Positions 9,387-17,054 of a stretch of DNA of 64,000 nucleotides are shown here, one piece after another. The stretch's first letter is position 1; each line of letters starts with the position of its first letter. The position numbers and the translations under genes were made by a program. Below the pieces are notes generated by a model that worked only from the letters and a program-made list of their open reading frames with translations, did not search any database and was not told the DNA's origin. The stretch is from positions 151,396 to 215,395 of IMG/VR virus record IMGVR_UViG_3300018004_000004, one strand, 5' to 3'.

Positions 9387-10012
9387 TAGATCTCTCGTTC
9401 CTCCGCGGCCAGGTGTTCCTGACTAGGCAGGACAACATCCAGCTCGGCGTCGACCTTTGGCTCACTACCAGCCAGAATCCCCTCGGTCTTGGATACCGGC
9501 CGGATGATCCGGGCGTGATCCTGGCACCCAAGGGTAATAAAGGCAGGGCACTTCTCGTCATACCAGGCCACGATCGAGCAATGAGCATGGTTGGTCAGCC
9601 AATCCCACTGTTCAGGGAGGATACGGTGCTTCTTATGCCCTATGTAGTTCCCTTTGGGGCCATTCTTGTGCTCACTGACCCAGGCCTTGATGTGGGCATG
9701 CGCAGAGAAGGCACTCAGGCCACCTAGGGCCTCCGGAGCGAGGACATAATACTCTTTAAGCCCCAAGGGATCAGTTTCTGCTATAGTCGCTTCCTGGGGC
9801 TTTAGAACGCTAAACTGGCCTACCATCAGCTTGGCCGGAAGGGGCCCAAGGATGCTCTCTACGGCTTCTTTCTGGTCCGCGGCCGTCACAGCCGAAGGCT
9901 CAATGAGCTTGGCGTCACCCTCAAAGATGGTTGCCTGGTTGGTCTTAGGGTCAATGAACACAGTCTTCCCATCTTGGGTGTGGTACACGTTTCCAAAGGT
10001 AGGTTCAGACAT
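9386..10012 (-). CDS. Paralog family member 1 (EQWDWL..H..C motif), ends EEREI
   Basis: ILPEQWDWLTNHAHCSIVAW...LGCQDH. Confidence 0.7.
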   Translation of the reverse strand: MSEPTFGNVYHTQDGKTVFIDPKTNQATIFEGDAKLIEPSAVTAADQKEAVESILGPLPAKLMVGQFSVLKPQEATIAETDPLGLKEYYVLAPEALGGLSAFSAHAHIKAWVSEHKNGPKGNYIGHKKHRILPEQWDWLTNHAHCSIVAWYDEKCPAFITLGCQDHARIIRPVSKTEGILAGSEPKVDAELDVVLPSQEHLAAEEREI

Positions 10013-10103
10013 AGTGGGGTTACCTCTAACTCCATTGTACTAGAATCAAGCCCCGGTCCAAAAATGTTTCTTCTTATTTCATGCCTTCCCGGAGCGCATC
10101 CAG

Positions 10104-10571
10104 TTAGACTCTTGGAGTACGGTCGACTAACAAAGCGATATTCTTGTCCACGTTGGTCAGGATTTCGACCATCTTGTCAGTCTTACCATTCAGGTTTTCA
10201 ATGCTGATTGCCAGGTGAGCGATGTGATTGCCAGTCAGGGTTTGAAGACTGATGGCATTGGCTTCGCTCTTCTCCTTGGCCTCTCCAGCGATGATCTTGA
10301 TTTCAGAGGCTTGCAAAGCGCCTTCTTTGAGAGCGATCGCTACTTGTTCCACGGCCACCTTCTTGCTTTCTTCCACGGCGTCCAGGACCTTGGCCACAGC
10401 GTCCAGTTGGGCCTTCTGGTTGGCTAGATAGTCGTCCACCCAGCCACGGATCTTGTAGGACCAGCGGGCAGCGAAAGCGATGGCTGCGATGATGGAGCCC
10501 CAGCCAAATACAGCCAGCGGTCCTCTAATGCTTTCCCAGATGTTTGGGGTATTAGGAGCATCGAAATACAT
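10104..10571 (-). CDS. Single-TM plus coiled-coil membrane protein (possibly lysis-related)
   Basis: TM LAVFGWGSIIAAIAFAA followed by a heptad-rich helix. Confidence 0.6.
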   Translation of the reverse strand: MYFDAPNTPNIWESIRGPLAVFGWGSIIAAIAFAARWSYKIRGWVDDYLANQKAQLDAVAKVLDAVEESKKVAVEQVAIALKEGALQASEIKIIAGEAKEKSEANAISLQTLTGNHIAHLAISIENLNGKTDKMVEILTNVDKNIALLVDRTPRV

Positions 10572-11140
10572 GGGGATTCCTTTGAAATGTAGACGTTGAT
10601 AGTTCGGAACGCGCGACTCAAAAATAGAGAGCCCCGGATCAGGGTTTTGTCCGTGAGAGAACTGGTTTCCGAACCAGACCCCTTGGGTCTTTGCGTCGTT
10701 GTAAATAAGTCCTGCAGTCTCTGCTGATTAGTATAGATTAATCCCGATCGGCGAGTAGGTGTTGTGATTGGCCGGCGGTTTTGCCGTATCTGGGAGGCCA
10801 ACATGCGAGCTGGAATGGCAAAATGGTGCATGACCAGGTGAAGAGAGTGTGAGACTCTTCTCACATTTTGTTTCGAGCCCACCCCGTTCTATCTGAGATC
10901 TGGGTTATCCCTAGTCCCATATAGATCAGGTAGGTGGGTAACTCTAGAACAAGGAGACTTACAATGTTCCATTCATTGAACTTGCATAATCAGATGTTGT
11001 ATTCACAGCTGGCGCGGGAACGTGACATCAACCCAAGGCTCAGTAGTATCAGTGTTGTCCGTGACTGGGCCATCATCTCCAATGAAGTGAATGACCGCCG
11101 TAAGTACGAGATTATCAATCGTACTCGGTAGTCTGAGTAG

Positions 11141-11500
11141 TTGCCCTGTAAGTCGAGTGGCGTAGAGTTGTTATCTATTAACCGAAACTATCTATTAAGG
11201 AGACATATCATGTCACAAGTGAGACTGAGTATTCCTTTTGTTGGTGGCGTTACCAAGGTGTACGAGCAACAGGAGTTCAACAAGGAAATGAAGGCGATTG
11301 CGGAGAAGGCCAAGTATGCTTCTCTGGTCGCTGTCGGGCTGGCGTTGGTGGTCGCAGAGGTTGTTACCCGCAAGACTGCCAATGGTCTGACAGAGGCAGC
11401 CAATCTGGTGGCTGATGTGCATGATGACATCACCAAGAAGCAAGTCAAGAACAACGGGCTGCAGTATGAGCTCAGAGTTCTTAGTTCGCACGCTGCCTAG
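11141..11500 (+). CDS. Early hypothetical membrane protein (likely start at the internal ATG, MSQVRL), ends HAA
   Basis: TAAGGAG RBS precedes MSQVRL; one hydrophobic helix. Confidence 0.6.
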   Translation: MPCKSSGVELLSINRNYLLRRHIMSQVRLSIPFVGGVTKVYEQQEFNKEMKAIAEKAKYASLVAVGLALVVAEVVTRKTANGLTEAANLVADVHDDITKKQVKNNGLQYELRVLSSHAA

Positions 11501-11551
11501 TCCCCTGTCTGCTATCAGAGGTCACTAATGATAGCAGGCGGATGTACTAGG
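11496..11551 (+). other. Long imperfect intergenic hairpin overlapping the next RBS
   Basis: cctagt..ctgtctgctatca / tgatagcaggcgg..actagg. Confidence 0.65.
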
Positions 11552-12555
11552 AGGTTGTCATGAAATATAGTTTGATGTTGGCCTTCTTGCTGTGTGCCCA
11601 GGCTAATGCCAAGGAGCCACCTGAGTTGGTTATCAAGTCGGCGCCGACGCATGCCAAGAAGCACCACAGCATGAAGCCAGCGTACTTGTTGAATCATCCC
11701 AATGATTATGACAAGTGCATATTCACCCCAGAGCAGATGAAGGGCTCTGGATACAACACACTCAACCACATAGAGCAAGTGAAAGGAGCATGAGCATGCC
11801 AGTGCTTGAACTCTTCAAGACTCTTCGTCCTATCTCTGATGGAACGAAGGATGGGAAGTGGCATCATCATCCTTGTAGCCGGCCGAAGACCAGCTGCAAT
11901 CATCCGACAATGCCATGTGGCAAAGGCGCTGCGTTTGTCGTAGTCTGGACCAATGACTACGAAGCAGTGCTGTGCACAGACTGCGCTATTGAGCTCTTGC
12001 AACTGCAAGAACGTCAATGGCAGAAAGAGGCGTAATCGTGTTCATGAGAACTCAGTTTGAACTCAGCATCATGTCTTGGACTGATCTGCGTACGCATTAC
12101 AATACGTGTGCCAAGTCCAAGGCTTTGACGGAAGCCACAGGCGGGAAGCTCACGGAAGAGGAGCAAGCGTATTTCGATTACCTCTTCTATCTGGTGCAGG
12201 TGCACTGTGAGAATCCCAACAATCGCAAGCCGTTGTCTGAAGTGCTCAAGCATTACAAGCAGTAGAAAGGACAGTCATGATCCCCAATGGTGTTGTGCTG
12301 TGGGTGGCGCCGAATGGCACCACAATGATGAATCGTCTCGGCTACAAATCTGTATCCTATTTGACCTGGCTCATCGACGAAGAAGGTGATCGGGTCAATG
12401 GGTATTCGATGCCGGAAGCCGATGCGTTGGCAGCGATTGAGTTGATCACGGAGTACAATGCACTTCCGTGCAACGATTGCTGCCACATCAAGGCCTATAT
12501 CAAGTAGAAGTGCAGCAGGCATGGCGCTGTATGAGTCCATGCACAAGGAGTAGTG

Positions 12556-15465
12556 ATGAATCAACGTTACCACGTTGTATTCGAAGGAGAGAATAAAGTA
12601 ACAACTCGCCGTCCTTGGAAGGGACGCGGTGTTGAGCTTTATTCCTCCAGCGGTGATCCAGCAAGAGGCATACCAGCGATGTTTGGTTCTCATGAAGTGC
12701 GTCAGTTTCTTGAGAACCTCGGGCCATTCATCGTAGCATCGATGGACAATCCCGCAGTCGCAGCTCAGATCCTTGATGAAGGGTATGTGGTAACAGACCC
12801 TGATTCAGGTGCGAAGAGCAAGTGGTATGTTGGTGGTTATTTCGTCCGCGACGACGGTGCAGTGTATATCATGCTGCCCGAAGTCACAACCGATGCCCAG
12901 TTTCGTTCTAAGCTGGGTTTGCATATTGACCTAAACGATCAGTGGGGCAATAGCTTCAAGGTAGGTAAGTATCTGAAGCGCTTGTTCTCACATCATCGTA
13001 AGTTCATGCAAGGTGAAGTCGTGAAGGAGCTCGACAATGTCGTGCTCGTACGGCTGAAGAGTGGCAAAGTGATCAGTGTGAAATATGCTGATCATGGCGC
13101 GCTCACAGATGGCATGAACCTCGTGTCAACACATTGCATGAAGCTCATGGGTCTTAACAAGACCATGGGTGCTGGCCTTAGGATCACGGCGTTGAGTCCT
13201 AAGGGATTCAGCAAAGGCCATGCGATTGTACTGCCGGAGCTGCAGCATGATGTCGTGCTGTTCAACTCTAAGAAGCTGCTGACAGGTGATCAGTTCACCT
13301 TCGGCATGGATTGGTTGCATAGCGGTGCAGTATTCACTGATATGCAATCAGTCATTAACTTCAGGTTCGCAAACACCAGCTTCTTGTCGCAGTGGGACAA
13401 GGAGTTTCTGGAGACAGTAGTCGATGCTATTGAAGATGAGGATAAGCTGAAGCGTATGCTTCAGTTCTATCATGTGGAGTTCCACAAACAGCGGGACGAT
13501 GACGGAGACATGCAGTTCATTCAGAAGGACAAAGAGTGGGCACTGTTGCGTGCATTGCGCGGTGGTGTGAAGATTCAAGATCACCCAGCGCTTGTGCGTA
13601 AGGTGTTCCATCTATTTGCCGACAAGGTTCGCAACTGCGAAACCAACATTCGTGTGCCTATACCTGAGACAGCAGGTGGTGCACGTTATGCTTTGGTTGA
13701 TCCTACCATCTTCGATATGTGGGGTGATCCCACTCTCGAAGGTACTCTGAAGAATGACCAGGTATATTGCGCTGGCGATGTTGGCAGCGTGGTATTCCAC
13801 AGGCAGCCGAATGCGCATCGTGACGAGCATTATATCGCGCGCGCAACAAGCAATGAATATCTGAAAGCTATGGACACTGGATGTTTCATGTTCATATCCA
13901 AGGATATCATCAAGCCAAGCCTGGCCAAGCTAGGTGGTGGTGATCAGGATGATCGCCTTGTGTATTACAAGGACCCAGCAGTTGTGGAACACTTCAGGCA
14001 ACTGGAGCTGGATCCATATCCCACAGTGCCTCTGGTTGAGAAGCCAGAGCCACCAAAGCGTTCCAATGCATTTGCACACAGACTGCATCGCACACCGATC
14101 TATGATCGGACTCAGCTGCTGATGATGTTGGATCAGATGAAGAACCAGAGTCTGCATATTGGCTTCGTTGTTAATGCTGGTATGCATGACACTGTGCTGA
14201 CGGATAATAGGGCAGAGATCACCAGGAATCTGGAGGCTCTGCCAAAGACACTGAAGAATCAATCTGCCTATGAATGGTTCACAACCAAGTATCAGAACTA
14301 TACGCTGCGTGAACCAATGTCCAGGTTGGAGTTGGTCATTGACGCGGTCAAGAAGACTGGTGCTGATCTGGCTGGTATTCGTGACCAGGTGAAGAAGTTC
14401 AATGACACATTCGAAGTCGTGGCTGAGTTCATGACGCGCGGCGGTAGGTATGATGGGAGAATCCCATTGTCTCGCCGCGGTGACAGCCATCCAGTTATGG
14501 TCCGTACCATTGTGGATGATAAGCTGGATGAACTCAAGCGACTGAGGCAAGACCTGGAAGATATCATCACTGATATCTCTTGGCAAATGATACCGCCAGT
14601 GGCGGAGGAAATACTGACATGCCCGTGCTATGAAGAGCAGGCGACTCAGCTGGCGTATGCCATGCGTCAGGAGTATCGCAATCAGTGGGCCAATCTGAGT
14701 AAGGAGATTGAGCGCACTGGTGACAAGGCAGAAGTAAAGAAGACCATAGATGCGTACATGAAGATCGACAAGGCGATGTATGAGCGCTTCGCTCCACATC
14801 CGCTGATCATCGATGCCATGGTCAAGCTGTATATCATGGTGTATGAATCCAGGAAGCCAGAGGCGCCAAGGGACGAAGATGGTCGTCCTATTAAGTTTGG
14901 TGATGGTATCCTCTGGGGCCCGAGAATGTCCGGCCTGACCCTGCGCATGATGGAGCGCGCAGGGCTGGCTGGGCGGTTCACTGAGATCACATTCGAGGAT
15001 GAAGTCAAACACCTCCGTAAGGAGAGCCTCGATGTGGTTATTGATCAGGGTATTGTACGCCAGGAGGGTACCAATATCTTGGTGGGTACCATTGACCCAA
15101 TGGCCGATGGTGCTAAGAAGGCAGAGAAAGGATGGGTGAAGGTGGCAGCAAGGGATGCATATCCCTATGAACCAGAACCCAGGTACATGATCCTGCGAGT
15201 AGTTAATGGCATGCATGCCAAGGGTGCGTCTCCAGTTGAGATCGCACAGTGGCGTGATCATGCTAACGAACAGGTCGAACTAGTTCCTTTCATCTGGACG
15301 AACCCGGAGAATGAAGAAGAACACGCAGTTCGCGTGGTGCTCAATGGCCAGGATTATGGCTATATCGATCGCAAGGACAACACGTATGTCACTGAAAAGA
15401 CTATGGGTTGGCTATTGCCGGGCACAACACCAAAGACCATGGGAGTATTGGTCTATGAAAGGTAG
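12556..15465 (+). CDS. Single-chain two-barrel RNA polymerase (YonO / cellular RdRP-like), probably DNA-dependent
   Basis: Ordered family motifs TDGMNLVS, LR...KGH, GSVVFHRQPNAH, LGGGDQDDRLVYYKD, IGFVVN, VIDAVKKTG; AAGGAG RBS. Confidence 0.85.
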   Translation: MNQRYHVVFEGENKVTTRRPWKGRGVELYSSSGDPARGIPAMFGSHEVRQFLENLGPFIVASMDNPAVAAQILDEGYVVTDPDSGAKSKWYVGGYFVRDDGAVYIMLPEVTTDAQFRSKLGLHIDLNDQWGNSFKVGKYLKRLFSHHRKFMQGEVVKELDNVVLVRLKSGKVISVKYADHGALTDGMNLVSTHCMKLMGLNKTMGAGLRITALSPKGFSKGHAIVLPELQHDVVLFNSKKLLTGDQFTFGMDWLHSGAVFTDMQSVINFRFANTSFLSQWDKEFLETVVDAIEDEDKLKRMLQFYHVEFHKQRDDDGDMQFIQKDKEWALLRALRGGVKIQDHPALVRKVFHLFADKVRNCETNIRVPIPETAGGARYALVDPTIFDMWGDPTLEGTLKNDQVYCAGDVGSVVFHRQPNAHRDEHYIARATSNEYLKAMDTGCFMFISKDIIKPSLAKLGGGDQDDRLVYYKDPAVVEHFRQLELDPYPTVPLVEKPEPPKRSNAFAHRLHRTPIYDRTQLLMMLDQMKNQSLHIGFVVNAGMHDTVLTDNRAEITRNLEALPKTLKNQSAYEWFTTKYQNYTLREPMSRLELVIDAVKKTGADLAGIRDQVKKFNDTFEVVAEFMTRGGRYDGRIPLSRRGDSHPVMVRTIVDDKLDELKRLRQDLEDIITDISWQMIPPVAEEILTCPCYEEQATQLAYAMRQEYRNQWANLSKEIERTGDKAEVKKTIDAYMKIDKAMYERFAPHPLIIDAMVKLYIMVYESRKPEAPRDEDGRPIKFGDGILWGPRMSGLTLRMMERAGLAGRFTEITFEDEVKHLRKESLDVVIDQGIVRQEGTNILVGTIDPMADGAKKAEKGWVKVAARDAYPYEPEPRYMILRVVNGMHAKGASPVEIAQWRDHANEQVELVPFIWTNPENEEEHAVRVVLNGQDYGYIDRKDNTYVTEKTMGWLLPGTTPKTMGVLVYER

Positions 15466-15528
15466 ACCATATACATGCCCACATTCCATTGTACTCTTTT
15501 CGACGTAGTTGTTTGGATTGACCGGTAT

Positions 15529-15642
15529 TCGGGGCCTATTACCTTTATGGGCCCCGATCCCATTGATTTGATGGGATTTACCATCATTTGATGGGTGTAT
15601 TTAGGCCCTGTTTTATGGTGTAAAATAAGCCCATTTATGGGC
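15529..15642. repeat. Array of five TTT(G)ATGG(G) direct repeats, each embedded in a short inverted repeat
   Basis: ATGG cores at 15547, 15571, 15591, 15615, 15637 (20-24 bp spacing). Confidence 0.7.
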
Positions 15643-15655
15643 ACAAGGAGAAGTC

Positions 15656-16096
15656 ATGACTCAACTCAATCGGTATGCATCACGCTCTAACTTCAACAAT
15701 CAGAAGACGTTCGGTCGTCGTTGGACATCGAACTTTCGTCGGCAGTCTGGTCTGATCATTGCTGTGCTCGATCGTGGCTATTTGCCACAGAGCCACAACG
15801 ATCTGCCCAAGCCGTTCTGTTCCTTCAAGGTCGAGACGGACACCGGCAAGCGCTACATCGTGCGCTTGGAAGGCCGGCAGGCCCTGGACTTCACCGGAGA
15901 AGTTGGTCAGCTCATGTACTACGAAGGCGTCTTCAAGGGGCGCTTCGTGGACAAGACTGGCAAATATCACGGTGAGTACTGGTCCGCCACGTTCGCCGAG
16001 ATCGACAACAAGGAAATCGACGAGTATGTTGCTCATCTGACAGCAGTTAAGCTGCGGATGGACAAGGAAGCGCAGGACGCCGCCGAGCAGAAGTAA
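15656..16096 (+). CDS. Putative OB-fold SSB-like protein
   Basis: FCSFKV...YIVRLEGRQA...VGQLMYYEGVFK.RFVDKTG resembles the SSB strand pattern; AAGGAG RBS. Confidence 0.5.
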   Translation: MTQLNRYASRSNFNNQKTFGRRWTSNFRRQSGLIIAVLDRGYLPQSHNDLPKPFCSFKVETDTGKRYIVRLEGRQALDFTGEVGQLMYYEGVFKGRFVDKTGKYHGEYWSATFAEIDNKEIDEYVAHLTAVKLRMDKEAQDAAEQK

Positions 16097-16110
16097 ATAA
16101 TCAGTGTAGT

Positions 16111-16167
16111 CAGTGGATCTGGGGCTCATCCTAACTGCCTTCATGGCATGGTGAGCCCCATTCACTG
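16111..16167 (+). other. Long imperfect intergenic hairpin
   Basis: cagtgga..tggggctcatc / ggtgagcccca.ttcactg. Confidence 0.65.
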
Positions 16168-16894
16168 TGTAAATATTACATGAAGTGCTTTAGATTCACT
16201 GGGATACGCTGAGGTGACCATATTTGGGCAGATGGAGAGAGAAGCACCACCATAGATTCAAGTCCCTGAAATAAAGATAAGGGACTTAGCACCCATGTGT
16301 ATTGAATAGAGATTCGTTGAAAACAAAGGAGTTATAGCCATGGGTATTACGATATGTGAGGCCAAGAGAGCATTGAGGCGTGGGAATGTAGTGATAGATC
16401 CTCGGCCCTTCAATCCTACTGTCTACTATCTCTTTAGGGATATACAAGAAGGACGTACCCACGCGCAGCTGGCCGGTTTTCTGAAGGGCTGTTACATCGC
16501 TCGAGAGATCGAAAGGAGATAGCTACCATGTGCAATAGACTGAGTGATCTGGGATTGAAGGCACTGGAAATCAATAAAGAGGAGAAGACTGTGTTGGTTA
16601 CAGCATTAAAGCTCCTCGATTGCAAAGCCAAGGCCATGCAGCATGATACTGCATCCATGCTGAATGAAGAGCGAGAACTGAACTGTGTTGTCCTCTCTCA
16701 TATCTGTGATCAACTAACAGATAGAATAGAGACGCTGTTTGCTCCGCCGGCGCCTCCTGAAGTGCTCGTTGATCACCATGTGGCCATTCATGGACGCAAC
16801 CCAGGACCAGCTGACCTGGATCCTGTAGTGGATTGTGGCTGTGGGTTTTCCCATCGCCGATCGGAACGCTGCGGTCCGTGGTAATACGATATTA

Positions 16895-17054
16895 CCAGAG
16901 GAATGCCCAGATAGTATCTGGGACCGAAGTGTGAGCTAGGTATGCAAGTTCGATCCAATGCCTCTGCCTAGTCATTTCCCGCGGGTTGGGCTGCAACTCA
17001 CACGCTGAAGGCCCACAACAACCTTCCTACATGGTAATGTAGGCATTCCTCTGG
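16895..17054 (+). ncRNA. Unassigned structured RNA candidate (multi-way junction)
   Basis: 11-bp closing stem ccagaggaatg/cattcctctgg; inner stems cccagat/atctggg, gtgtgag/ctcacac, ctagg/cctag, cctacat/atgtagg; intergenic; strand assumed from flanking genes. Confidence 0.6.

Noticed and set aside
13930-15261. 443-aa antisense ORF
   Set aside because: Shadow frame of the RNAP gene with no motifs. The same applies to 36296-37417, 25466-26434 and 22751-23374.
15529-15642. Possible mini-CRISPR array
   Set aside because: Repeats are only 8-9 bp with ~12-15 bp between them, and no cas genes are in the window.
16895-17054. Hammerhead ribozyme call
   Set aside because: CTGAAG is present but the CUGAnGA and GAAA core in the required three-stem arrangement is not; left as an unassigned RNA.
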